Part shown: positions 1 to 8,504 of the stretch, piece after piece
Position numbering within the stretch: position 1 is the first letter of the stretch
Layout of the letters: every line of letters begins with the position of its first letter
Virus record (IMG/VR): IMGVR_UViG_3300034005_000004
Location: 1 to 62,962 of that record
Reading direction: 5' to 3' (one strand)
DNA: 62,962 nucleotides
Source: a virus
Translations under genes and position numbers: made by a program
Notes under the pieces: model-generated
The model's database searches: none
The model's input: the letters and a program-made list of their open reading frames with translations, nothing else
Told to the model about the DNA's origin: nothing

Positions 1-140
1 ATAGCTACGCGGGATCTCTGCGCGGCTGAGCTTGCCCGCGCGGGCCGGCGCAGTTGCTTTTGGCTGCGAGGTGATCGCTCGCAGACGGAAGCGTCTACCA
101 GGACCTCGTAGCTGTGAATGTCTGCGCGGCCAGGTTACTG
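1..140 (+). repeat. Intergenic repeat cassette, copy A (right part; continues from 62838-62962 across the window junction)
   Basis: 1-127 reads identical to 40889-41015 and is the reverse complement (~4 mismatches) of 15772-15900; contains palindrome GCCCGCGCGGGC and hairpins CTGCGAG-gtgatcg-CTCGCAG, AGACG-gaag-CGTCT. Confidence 0.9.
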
Positions 141-202
141 AAGGGATGAGCTTATCGGACCCCTCGGAGACTAAAAAAAATCAAGAATTATGAAAATAAT
201 GT

Positions 203-231
203 TTGACAAGTGTATTACATCATTGTATACT
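203..231 (+). promoter_or_regulatory. Near-consensus sigma70 early promoter with A/T-rich UP-like region upstream
   Basis: TTGACA (203-208), 17-nt spacer, TATACT (226-231); A8 run and AT-rich tract at 173-200; followed by AAGGAG RBS and the first gene. Confidence 0.7.
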
Positions 232-270
232 CCTGACTGTTAGACGAGATTGAAAAAGGAGATTAAAACG

Positions 271-636
271 ATGACAAGCACGAAACTTACAGCGATGGAG
301 ATTCAAGAAATGATAGTAGGTAGCTTTGTTGATGCGGGCGATTACATTAATTTCATCCAGTCTGACGATAACAACGCGCCGGACTGGCAGCGCGTTAATC
401 AAGTCGAGATTGAGGGCGACGTTGAATACGACCAAGCTATTGCTCGCATTAAGGAGAGCTTCAAGCAAGCTTCGCTGGCGAGAATGGAAGCTGACATCAA
501 GGGCTATGTGTTCGACCAGGACGACACTTGCCTGCCTCTGTTTCGCTATGCTTCGCAAGAAGAGATAGAGACGATGGCTGAAATGAACTACGATCAAGCC
601 CGCGAAGAAATCGAACAGAACGGGACGCTTTTTTAA
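271..636 (+). CDS. Highly acidic early protein (first gene after the early promoter)
   Basis: ATG 271 preceded by AAGGAG (254-259); in frame with track ORF 250-636; D/E-rich sequence. Confidence 0.75.
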   Translation: MTSTKLTAMEIQEMIVGSFVDAGDYINFIQSDDNNAPDWQRVNQVEIEGDVEYDQAIARIKESFKQASLARMEADIKGYVFDQDDTCLPLFRYASQEEIETMAEMNYDQAREEIEQNGTLF

Positions 637-716
637 TCGAACCAACGAGGGTCGCAATCGGCCCTCAGTGGAATGACGGCCAGAGCAGCATTACGCGCCT
701 GAGCCAAAAGGAGGAG

Positions 717-929
717 ATGAAGGCGATGACAACTGAAAGAACAGTGAACAGAAATCGGAACAATGGCGCGCAGGCAAATCTCGTCAAGGCCGTCAAGGAA
801 CTCGGGCACCTGGCAAGTCCGCACTATTTGAAGGAGCTTGGTTACACGGAACAGGAAATCGAAAAGGCTGTCAGAGATGGTCAGCTCGAATGGCGCGGGG
901 ATGGCAACTTGAACATCAAAGAAGATTGA
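717..929 (+). CDS. Hypothetical early protein
   Basis: ATG preceded by AAGGAGG; 70-aa ORF co-oriented in the early operon. Confidence 0.65.
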   Translation: MKAMTTERTVNRNRNNGAQANLVKAVKELGHLASPHYLKELGYTEQEIEKAVRDGQLEWRGDGNLNIKED

Positions 930-1118
930 GTGGAATACATGAAATCAAAACTTACGCCCGTTGAGCGCCACGCCGAAACAGAGAGGGTCAAGCAGTTTCT
1001 CGACCTGTTTGCGGCTGGCAGTTTCCATGTCGGCAGGCTTCTTACCGTTGACGACATATCTTTGCTAACCGCTGTGGCGCTGCGCCTGCAAAGGGAGCAG
1101 GCAGAGGAGGGCGAGTAA
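930..1118 (+). CDS. Hypothetical early protein
   Basis: Starts directly after the previous stop (GTG 930 or ATG 939); 62 aa. Confidence 0.55.
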   Translation: MEYMKSKLTPVERHAETERVKQFLDLFAAGSFHVGRLLTVDDISLLTAVALRLQREQAEEGE

Positions 1119-1318
1119 TGCCAGCCAAGCAGGAAGATGCGGCGGAATTGAGGCCGACTTCGGTCAGACTGTCGGACCATACGCGAGCGTTGCTCGCCGC
1201 GCTCGGCAAGAAGTACGGCTCGCAGGGAGTGGCTGTTACGCTTGCCCTAGAGTTGCTCGCGCGCGAACCATATCGCAATGACGTAGATAAGCTAAACGGC
1301 AATCCCCGGAAGCGATGA
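1118..1318 (+). CDS. Ribbon-helix-helix (CopG/Arc-like) DNA-binding protein
   Basis: TAATG stop/start overlap; 'TSVRLSDHTRALLAALGKKYG' resembles the RHH beta-strand plus helix. Confidence 0.55.
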   Translation: MPAKQEDAAELRPTSVRLSDHTRALLAALGKKYGSQGVAVTLALELLAREPYRNDVDKLNGNPRKR

Positions 1319-1328
1319 GAGGTGTACG

Positions 1329-1580
1329 ATGCTCAAAAACATTGCTTTGGTCGTGATGATGATATGCGTCGTCGTCATGCTTTTGCATTCGCGGTCCTCT
1401 GGCAACTTGCAGGCAGAGAATGAAGGCTTGAGAGACAAGGTTGCGCTGCTTGAAGCTAAGGCCCGCGACTGCGACAGCTATCTTGCAAACGCGATGGCTG
1501 CGCAAGCTGCTTTCGATTCCGAGAAGCAGAGGCTAGAGCGCGAGATAGAGAGGCTGAAGAGGGAGAAAGGGGAGAGGTAA
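1329..1580 (+). CDS. Small membrane-anchored coiled-coil protein
   Basis: N-terminal hydrophobic segment IALVVMMICVVVMLL followed by a heptad-like charged tail; GAGG RBS. Confidence 0.6.
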   Translation: MLKNIALVVMMICVVVMLLHSRSSGNLQAENEGLRDKVALLEAKARDCDSYLANAMAAQAAFDSEKQRLEREIERLKREKGER

Positions 1581-1586
1581 GCAGCT

Positions 1587-1952
1587 ATGACTAGAGAGTC
1601 GATTGAACGCTCACAAGAGCTACTCGAATCGTTCGCACGAAGTTATGGGTTGCCGGTATCGGTCGGCTACTTCCCGCCGTCTCACGCGCAGGCTATCAAC
1701 TACAACGAGCGCACAATTCAATTCACAGATGACAGCTTTTCCATGTGCGGAATTTATGATCAAGGGAAGATAGTCGCCGTCGTCGAATTCTTGAAGAATT
1801 TCTGCACCTGTAATCAGCACGACTGCGACCACAGGCAGGACGCCATCGGCGCAGCCTTCACCCTGATTCAGGCACATCAGAAGTTCAACGCCGCAGAGTG
1901 GGATCGCCGCCGTGTTGAGGCCGCGATTGATTCGGGGAAAGGGTTGTTATGA
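1587..1952 (+). CDS. Hypothetical protein
   Basis: 121-aa ORF, co-oriented and tightly packed. Confidence 0.65.
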   Translation: MTRESIERSQELLESFARSYGLPVSVGYFPPSHAQAINYNERTIQFTDDSFSMCGIYDQGKIVAVVEFLKNFCTCNQHDCDHRQDAIGAAFTLIQAHQKFNAAEWDRRRVEAAIDSGKGLL

Positions 1953-1957
1953 AGTAT

Positions 1958-2158
1958 CTAGCTATGATCGGAGCAGCCGCCCGTGACCGCATGGCCGCCT
2001 ATTATGCCGTGACCGAGGCGACCACCCGCAAATGTGTGGCCGCCCGCAACTGTATGACCGCCCGCGACCGAGTGACCTGTTCCCACCGTATGACCGCCTG
2101 CGACCGTTCTACCGCCTTGTACAGTGTGTCCTGCTCTACCTGAATATGTATGTCCCAT
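1958..2158 (-). CDS. G-H-T hexapeptide-repeat small protein, paralogue 1
   Basis: MGHTYSGRAGHTVQGGRTVAGGHTVGTGHSVAGGHTVAGGHTFAGG...; variation concentrated at codon third positions; TGCTACAGT extended -10 (rc of 2168-2176) 9 nt before the ATG. Confidence 0.6.
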   Translation of the reverse strand: MGHTYSGRAGHTVQGGRTVAGGHTVGTGHSVAGGHTVAGGHTFAGGRLGHGIIGGHAVTGGCSDHS

Positions 2159-2191
2159 AGTGGCGAAACTGTAGCATAGGGAGGGCTTGCG
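2159..2191. promoter_or_regulatory. Divergent control cassette between GHT ORF 1 and ORF 2192-2293
   Basis: 2150-2198 matches the reverse complement of 51549-51597 at 45/49 positions; carries the extended -10 on the minus strand and a GGGAGGG RBS on the plus strand. Confidence 0.55.
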
Positions 2192-2293
2192 ATGAAAGGC
2201 TCAGAACTTATCAAGCTGATTCAGGCTGAAATAGACGCCTTTGAGCAGCCGACCAACAGGAATTATCCGCACCTTGCCCTCGCTCTACGGTGA
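2192..2293 (+). CDS. Small hypothetical protein (33 aa)
   Basis: ATG 7 nt after GGGAGGG; below the ORF-track size cut-off; same start context (ATGAAAG) as gene 51109-51555. Confidence 0.4.
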   Translation: MKGSELIKLIQAEIDAFEQPTNRNYPHLALALR

Positions 2294-2414
2294 TGCCTCT
2301 GTCGGCGCGATAATGGGATTGGAAAGGAGTAAACCAGGGCCAAAGCCTAAGCGAGCGAAGAAAAGGGGTGACAGTATACCAGAACAATTGTTTCTGAGTT
2401 GGAGGTGTTAAAAA

Positions 2415-2711
2415 ATGAGAGACCAATTGGAAAAAGCAGATTCACTGCTCAGCCAAACGCAGGACTTAATTCGGAAGTCCATAGCGACGACAGGTCGGTT
2501 TGAGCTACTCGAAAACGCAAAGGAAGTTGTGGAAATCGAGTGGCACGACCGAACTGAAACGCCACCGTGCGGCTTAATTTGGGCCAGTGATGGTTATGGC
2601 CTGTGGACGCTTCGCTCTGATGGAAAGCCGATTCCAGAAACGGCTACGGCAGTTAAGTTTTGGGCGGTCGCGTTAATCCCGAAACCGCCATTAATTGAAG
2701 CGAGAAAGTAA
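2415..2711 (+). CDS. Hypothetical protein
   Basis: GGAGG RBS upstream of ATG 2415; 98 aa. Confidence 0.7.
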   Translation: MRDQLEKADSLLSQTQDLIRKSIATTGRFELLENAKEVVEIEWHDRTETPPCGLIWASDGYGLWTLRSDGKPIPETATAVKFWAVALIPKPPLIEARK

Positions 2712-2756
2712 AGGTGTGGGTGACAGTATGCCAGTCATGGAGGAGGCTAGGAAGCG

Positions 2757-3170
2757 ATGAAGACTGAAGAACTCGAAAAAGAATTCGAGCGATTGAAGCT
2801 CGAGAATCCGATCCTGCGCGCCGCGCTTATGCTTCACAGGCGCGGTGACTGCTCGCTTGAAAATGCGCTCAAGTACGCGGTCGTATATCTCGCCAAAGAG
2901 AGCGCGGTATATAAAAACTCGGTGTTTCGGGCTCTTACGACATCGCGAGTGCCGCTTGATTTTGCTGACGGTCTTTCGCTGAGCGTGGATGCACCGCTCA
3001 GCGATGAGAGTGCGTGCTTCTTAGAGTCACTATTGCCGCGACTCCCCTTATACTGTCCGAAGTGTAAGCATCAGAGTCTCAATGATACCTGGCGGCGTTC
3101 CGGGGATGGTTGGCACTGTAGCCATTGTGGTCATCTGCTTGACGAAGCCGAAGCCGACAGATGTCACTGA
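2757..3170 (+). CDS. Hypothetical protein with C-terminal zinc ribbon
   Basis: CPKC...x17...CSHC pattern in the last 40 aa; GGAGGAGG RBS upstream. Confidence 0.7.
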   Translation: MKTEELEKEFERLKLENPILRAALMLHRRGDCSLENALKYAVVYLAKESAVYKNSVFRALTTSRVPLDFADGLSLSVDAPLSDESACFLESLLPRLPLYCPKCKHQSLNDTWRRSGDGWHCSHCGHLLDEAEADRCH

Positions 3171-3189
3171 CTAAAGATTTAAGGTTAAG

Positions 3190-3579
3190 ATGAAATTCAA
3201 AGACAGCGTATCTATAAACATCGACGGCGACGAGCTTGAGGACGAATCAACCCTCGACTCATACCGCGACCGCGCACTTATGGAGTCAATCGCTGAGATA
3301 GAGCGTCGTCGTCCCGATATGGCACAGCAACGCTCTGTAATTCACATCGCGGGCGAATACATAGGCGGCCAGCAGCGATGCGTGAGATGCTCGCGCGTGC
3401 TGATTGATAACAGGCATATTCAGATCATCGACGGCACGCGCGTGGCTATCTTCACGCGCGGTACAGATGTAGCCGAAGTGGCAGGCGGCTTCTGCTTCAG
3501 GAGCGGTCACGAATTGCGCGAAAACGAAGTTCCATGCTCGGATCAAAGCTCTGAAATTGAAATGATAATCAGGCAATAA
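3190..3579 (+). CDS. Hypothetical protein
   Basis: 129-aa ORF, last gene of the early block; followed by a weak hairpin plus T-run at 3588-3613. Confidence 0.65.
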   Translation: MKFKDSVSINIDGDELEDESTLDSYRDRALMESIAEIERRRPDMAQQRSVIHIAGEYIGGQQRCVRCSRVLIDNRHIQIIDGTRVAIFTRGTDVAEVAGGFCFRSGHELRENEVPCSDQSSEIEMIIRQ

Positions 3580-3587
3580 GAACGAAA

Positions 3588-3613
3588 AAGTTCGCCCGGC
3601 GTCAACTTTTTTC
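3588..3613 (+). terminator. Weak intrinsic terminator
   Basis: AAGTT...AACTT stem followed by TTTTTT. Confidence 0.35.
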
Positions 3614-3694
3614 TTTAACTGCCATCGCTTTATTGAACAGTAATTTACAATCGCGACGATTCGCTCGCACAGCACGCCTCGTAAATCCCACCTA

Positions 3695-3723
3695 TTGCGC
3701 AGCCATTTTTCTTATGCTATATG
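3695..3723 (+). promoter_or_regulatory. Candidate promoter sharing the TATGCTATA motif with the GHT loci
   Basis: TTGCGC (3695-3700), 17-nt spacer ending in TGC, TATATG (3718-3723). Confidence 0.35.
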
Positions 3724-3903
3724 CGTTTACTGTCAGGCCCCAAAGCATCAACCTGATAAAACGGCGACGAGCAAGGGTAACAAAAGCTGAATACGGTTCT
3801 CCCCGACAGGGTAGACAGGCAACGCCACTGCCTGTCGTGAGATTATGGCCCGCATTCAGCATAACTGTCTCTTGACCTACAAGAGATCGCGACGACGACA
3901 TCT

Positions 3904-4278
3904 TTGAAAGAACAAAAAAAAGCAAACCGCTTTCAGCGTCGCCAGGCCGCGCGGATAAGCGCGCGCGCAAGGAAGAGCAGACATGCAGGTCCCGAGATGA
4001 TGAGCGCCCGAGAGGTAGAGATGCGGGCGGCGAATCAAGCCCGCGTGAAAGAGAGCAGGGATAGCCGCGAAGTGATTGAGATTCGCAGGCACGGCCCGCG
4101 CGTATCGGAAAACTCGCGCATCCTTGAGCGTCAGATGATTTTCGCAGGCCCGCACACGGGCGGCGCGGTCTTAGATCAGTTGATCAGGAGCAATGAGCCC
4201 TGCTTCTCGTATGAGGCGGAGGGTGAGAACGGGCGCAGGTACAGGCGTGAGATTTACCGCGCGACCGTGAAGAGATAA
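3904..4278 (+). CDS. Arg-rich hypothetical protein (start uncertain: TTG 3904 or ATG 3997)
   Basis: Only sizeable + ORF in 3600-4550; followed by a GC hairpin at 4286-4323. Confidence 0.4.
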   Translation: MKEQKKANRFQRRQAARISARARKSRHAGPEMMSAREVEMRAANQARVKESRDSREVIEIRRHGPRVSENSRILERQMIFAGPHTGGAVLDQLIRSNEPCFSYEAEGENGRRYRREIYRATVKR

Positions 4279-4285
4279 AAAGAAT

Positions 4286-4323
4286 CGCGGGGGAGACGGG
4301 CGGCCAGGTCAGTCTCCCCCGCG
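4286..4323 (+). terminator. GC-rich hairpin (no U-tract)
   Basis: cgcgggggagac / gtctcccccgcg 12-bp stem with a 14-nt loop. Confidence 0.4.
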
Positions 4324-4550
4324 CACGATTGAACGACACTTACATCGGAAACAAATAGACGACCGGGCAAGTCGTTCAACCATGACCCGGTCGCTGGCCT
4401 CGCGGGGCGATGAAGTCTTCCGGCTTTGTCGCCCCGTTTGACGCGCTCAGAGATAGCAATTTGCGCCACACAAGTCAAGCGGCTTTTGTCCTGGGCGCTC
4501 AAATAATTTAAGCGTCGTCTAGACTAACCCCATGCACGATTCATAACCCC

Positions 4551-5312
4551 ATGCACGATAAAAAAAAGCAGCGTGAGATCGCGGACCCCGAAGGGGTGCG
4601 ATACCGGGTAATGACGCGCGGCGGCAAGGAGTGGCTTCAGCGGCTCTGCGACGCGAGGGACAACACCTGCGGGCGGCTCGCGATGGCGCATTCGCCGAAG
4701 TGCAGGCAGGACGGCGGCGCGACGCCGCGCGGGGCCGCGTCGGTTCACACGAAGACAGGCGAGCACTCTAAGGATTTCCAGACCCGCTTTCGCAAGCGGG
4801 CGGAAGAGTTCTTAGCGAACCGTGACGGCAAAGAGCTTGCCCGCGCGATTGCTTATGCTACGACGCTCGTAGAGGATGCCGTCGAGCGCGTAGACAGCTT
4901 CGAATCAGGCGCGGCGTGGCTTGCAGCGCAAGATGCGATGAACAGGAATGATCGCTGGTCGGCTAAGAAGATAAACCCCGGCGACGAGGCGGCGCGCGCA
5001 GAGCAGCTCGCAGAAGTGGAGCGAGCGTCGGACGATTTGAGGCGGGCGATCAAGCAGGGCGTTGCGGAGCATCACTCGAAAGAAGAGCTTAGGAAGCACG
5101 TCGAGTTTCAGACGAAGCTCGTCGAGCGCGAGACAGGCATCGAGGTCAAGACGGGGATGATGGTCGCCTTTCAAGAGCTTATCGCCGCGAGCAATCGCAC
5201 GTATGACATTTTGATGAAGTATGTCGAGCCTTCCAAACGAGCAGACCTACTCGACGAACTTTCAGGCATGGTGGCTCCAGCGGCTCAGAGATCGTTTATC
5301 GCGGGACATTGA
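4551..5312 (+). CDS. Putative terminase small subunit
   Basis: 253-aa basic/coiled ORF immediately upstream of, and overlapping, terL; assignment by position only. Confidence 0.45.
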   Translation: MHDKKKQREIADPEGVRYRVMTRGGKEWLQRLCDARDNTCGRLAMAHSPKCRQDGGATPRGAASVHTKTGEHSKDFQTRFRKRAEEFLANRDGKELARAIAYATTLVEDAVERVDSFESGAAWLAAQDAMNRNDRWSAKKINPGDEAARAEQLAEVERASDDLRRAIKQGVAEHHSKEELRKHVEFQTKLVERETGIEVKTGMMVAFQELIAASNRTYDILMKYVEPSKRADLLDELSGMVAPAAQRSFIAGH

Positions 5313-6780
5313 AGATCAGCAAGCGCAGGTAATAGACCGCCCTCTATTCAAGACCTACAGGCCGCACGGCGCGGCTGCTGAGCTTCATCGCAGAACGGAT
5401 AAAGAGATTCTCATTAGCGGCCCTGCCGGGACCGGGAAGAGCAGGGCGGACCTTGAGAAGCTCGACGATGTTCTGACTCAATACCCGGGCGCGCGCGGCC
5501 TCATCGTTCGTAAGACGCTCACAAGCCTGAAGAGTTCCGGCCTCGTCACCTTTGACGAAAAGGTCAGGCCGCAGGATAGAGGGGTCACCTTTAAAGGCGA
5601 GAGCGCGAAGCGGCCCGCTCAGTACACATACCCGAATGAATCCGTCGCCGTCATAGGCGGGCTTGATAAAGCCGACAAGGTACTCTCTAGCGAATACGAC
5701 ATCATCGTCGTCATTCAAGCCGAAGAGTTGACCGTAGATGACTGGGAAAAGCTGTTGACGCGACTGAGAAACCACGTCGTGCCTTTTCAGCAGCTCATTG
5801 CGGACGCGAACCCGGACGCCGAGACCCACTGGCTTAAACAGCGATGCAACGCGGGCGGCTGCGTCCTGCTCGAAAGCCGCCATGAAGACAACCCCGAGCT
5901 TTATGACCGCGAGCGGAAAGAATGGACGCCTCGCGGCAAAGAGTATATCGAGACCCTCGATAAGCTCACTGGCGTGCGAAAGCTGCGGCTGCGTTACGGG
6001 AAATGGGCGGCGGCAGAGGGCGGCGTGTACGAAGATGTTTATGATCCTCTGATTCACCTTGTTGACGACGACAAGTTGCGCGATTGGGGCATCATCGAAA
6101 ATGAAATCGGCGATCCGATCCGCCTCAATTCGAGCGTCGTCAGGCGCGTGCTCGCAGGCATTGACTGGGGTTTCACAAACCCCGGCGTGCTTCAGGTATG
6201 GCCCCAGGACGGCGACGGCAGGATCTATCGCGTCTTTGAAATCTACCAAACGGGAAAGACTATCGACTGGTGGATCGAAAAGGCGACCGAGGCGCGCGAC
6301 TATTTCGGCGTCGAGGTCTTTATCTGCGACCCTTCCGAGCCTGCATATATAGAGCAGTTCAAGCAGGCCGGGCTCAACGCCGTCGGCGGCTTTAACGACA
6401 TCGCCCCTGGCATACAGGCGGTCAGGCAGCGTTATCAACTAGCAGGCGATGGCCGCGCGCGAATCTACCTCAGACGCGATGCGCTGCTTGCTCGCGACCC
6501 GAAGCTTGAGGACAAAAAGAAGCCTTGCTGCACTGAAGAGGAGATCGACGGCTACGTCTGGGACAAGACGAAGCTCGGAGAGAAAGAGGAGCCTGTTAAG
6601 GTGAACAATCATGGCAATGACGCCAAGCGATACGTTGTCGCTCACCTTGACATCGAGGGCGCTGTGCAAGCGGCGGGCGGCGGCTCTGACCCCGAAGGCG
6701 AAACCTCACGCGACCGCATACGAGCGCGCGGCGGCATGCTCAGAGACAGGTTCGGCGCGGGTATGAAGAGAGGCAGATAG
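5221..6780 (+). CDS. terL: Terminase large subunit
   Basis: Walker A 'ISGPAGTGKS', Walker B-like 'YDIIVVIQAEE', acidic nuclease-like C-terminal half; followed by the portal gene. Confidence 0.85.
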   Translation: MSSLPNEQTYSTNFQAWWLQRLRDRLSRDIEDQQAQVIDRPLFKTYRPHGAAAELHRRTDKEILISGPAGTGKSRADLEKLDDVLTQYPGARGLIVRKTLTSLKSSGLVTFDEKVRPQDRGVTFKGESAKRPAQYTYPNESVAVIGGLDKADKVLSSEYDIIVVIQAEELTVDDWEKLLTRLRNHVVPFQQLIADANPDAETHWLKQRCNAGGCVLLESRHEDNPELYDRERKEWTPRGKEYIETLDKLTGVRKLRLRYGKWAAAEGGVYEDVYDPLIHLVDDDKLRDWGIIENEIGDPIRLNSSVVRRVLAGIDWGFTNPGVLQVWPQDGDGRIYRVFEIYQTGKTIDWWIEKATEARDYFGVEVFICDPSEPAYIEQFKQAGLNAVGGFNDIAPGIQAVRQRYQLAGDGRARIYLRRDALLARDPKLEDKKKPCCTEEEIDGYVWDKTKLGEKEEPVKVNNHGNDAKRYVVAHLDIEGAVQAAGGGSDPEGETSRDRIRARGGMLRDRFGAGMKRGR

Positions 6781-6781
6781 C

Positions 6782-8320
6782 TTGAACTCAAAGCCAAGAC
6801 CTAAATTAGCGGAGCGCGTCATTCGCCGGCTCTTCGGCTCTTACATTGATTCGCAGGTCACAGCTCAAGTAGAGGAGCGTCTGTCCAGGCAGGCAGTCTC
6901 GTACGGCTCTGACCCCGATGCGGGCGATGGCTTCCGCTCTATCGCTACGACACGCCGGGATCTGACGCCTGTAGATCAAGACAAGCTCATTAACATCGCG
7001 AGCTACCTCGCGAACGCGAACCCCCTCGCCTCGCGCATCAGGAAGCTGAACAGGGATTTCGTCATCGGCGACGGCATAACGATAGAGGCTGACGATAAAG
7101 AGACGATTCAGCCCATCATAGACCAGTTCTGGAAAGACCCGCTCAACAATTTCGACGAGTTTCAATTCGACGTAGTCGATTATCTTTCAATCTACGGTGA
7201 GCTAATCCTGCCTACTTTCGTAAACCCGTTCAACGGCAAGACCGTTGTCGGATGGGTTGACCCCGTAGAGGTTGATCGCGTGCTGCCCGATGCGACGAAT
7301 CGCCGAATCATGCGCCGCGTGCTTATGAAGTACGGCGCGTCTGCGGGCGCGAGCGACCTCGTCACGGTCGAGAGCAAGCGCCTCGTCTACGACATAGCGA
7401 ACGTAGTCACGGACCCGAACGATAAGGCATACGGCTACCGCAAGGGCAACGTCTTACATTTCAAGATCAACTGCGCGCCTGACGCGCGGCGTGGGCGCTC
7501 TGATTATGAAAGCCTGATTGATTACCTCGATATACTCGACCAGTCGATGTGGAACGACCTTGAGCGCGTACAGATGCTCCTCAAGTTCGTCTGGGATGTA
7601 ACCGTTGATAAGGCGACGCCGGAAGACGTGGAGAAATTCGTCAAGGCCGCCAAACTAGATAAAGAGCCGCCGCCTGGCGCTGTGCGCTATCACAACAAGG
7701 CGGTCGAGTTTAAGGCCGTGACGCCTGAGCTTAGGACGCAAGAGACCTGCAAGCTTGCAGACTCGACGCGAAAGTTCGTCATCGGCGCGGCGGGATTTTC
7801 GGACTTCTTCATCGGCTACACGGAGGGCGCGAACCGCGCCTCGTCAGATAACCTCGATAAGCCCATCCTGCAATCGCTTCAATCCAGGCAACGGAAGGTC
7901 CGCGCGATGTTTCGAGAGCTTATAGACTACGCCATAGACCAGCGCGCGCTATCCGCTGCGGGCCGCAGTCTGAAGCTAGGGCTTGAGACGGGCCGCATCT
8001 CGCGTAACTTCACAATCTCAATGCCGGAGCTTCACGTCAAAGACTTGAGCAAGGTAGGCAACATGATCGCGCAGCTTGGCTCCGCGCTCGACCTTGCGGT
8101 TGAGAAAGGATGGCTGAGCAATGAGACAGCGCAGACCGTCTTTGTGTCTCTCTTGCCTCAGTTCGGCCTTGAGCAGGTGAAGATAGACGAGGAGCTGAAG
8201 AGGATCGAAGCCGAGACGGCAGACAGGGAAGCTGCGGAGACCGAGAAGGCTAAGGCTAAGGAGAAGTCACTTGCCGATAAGTTAGACGGTGAAGAGAGCG
8301 ACGACGAAATGGTCGCCTGA
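6782..8320 (+). CDS. Portal protein
   Basis: 512 aa, directly after terL; acidic C-terminal tail; size and position typical. Confidence 0.75.
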   Translation: MNSKPRPKLAERVIRRLFGSYIDSQVTAQVEERLSRQAVSYGSDPDAGDGFRSIATTRRDLTPVDQDKLINIASYLANANPLASRIRKLNRDFVIGDGITIEADDKETIQPIIDQFWKDPLNNFDEFQFDVVDYLSIYGELILPTFVNPFNGKTVVGWVDPVEVDRVLPDATNRRIMRRVLMKYGASAGASDLVTVESKRLVYDIANVVTDPNDKAYGYRKGNVLHFKINCAPDARRGRSDYESLIDYLDILDQSMWNDLERVQMLLKFVWDVTVDKATPEDVEKFVKAAKLDKEPPPGAVRYHNKAVEFKAVTPELRTQETCKLADSTRKFVIGAAGFSDFFIGYTEGANRASSDNLDKPILQSLQSRQRKVRAMFRELIDYAIDQRALSAAGRSLKLGLETGRISRNFTISMPELHVKDLSKVGNMIAQLGSALDLAVEKGWLSNETAQTVFVSLLPQFGLEQVKIDEELKRIEAETADREAAETEKAKAKEKSLADKLDGEESDDEMVA

Positions 8321-8327
8321 GGTAATC

Positions 8328-8501
8328 ATGGATAACAGGCAGAGACTGGCAAACGCAATCGCAAACATGAGCGAGCTTGAAGTAGACCAGATCGTCGATG
8401 CTGTTCGCTACCGGGCGGGCGGCGATGACCTGTCCGAATGCTTTTCTGATGCCGTGCGAGCGATGCAGGCACAAGGGCTGCTCTCGGACATTGCGCTCTG
8501 A
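8328..8501 (+). CDS. Small hypothetical protein
   Basis: ATG 8328 after GAGG; in frame with track ORF 8289-8501. Confidence 0.5.
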   Translation: MDNRQRLANAIANMSELEVDQIVDAVRYRAGGDDLSECFSDAVRAMQAQGLLSDIAL

Positions 8502-8504
8502 TGT

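Noticed and set aside
1949-2143. Plus-strand ORF (MKYLAMIGAAARDRM..MTARDR..) antisense to GHT ORF 1, with an attractive ATGA overlap to the upstream gene; analogous co-directional frames at 50348-50710 and 51628-51891
   Set aside because: In this frame the repeat units become variable (R/C/G)(M/V)(T/A/S/P), because the wobble changes of the GHT frame are non-synonymous here. It is kept only as an alternative noted in the findings.
5344-6438. Long antisense ORFs opposite confirmed genes (5344-6438, 8256-8873, 11066-11749, 26181-26798, 28017-28646, 30178-30849, 36846-37577, 45626-46306 and others)
   Set aside because: These are shadow ORFs typical of GC-rich coding DNA. They are Arg/Ala/Pro-rich, lack RBSs, and each lies fully inside a gene with recognisable motifs on the other strand.
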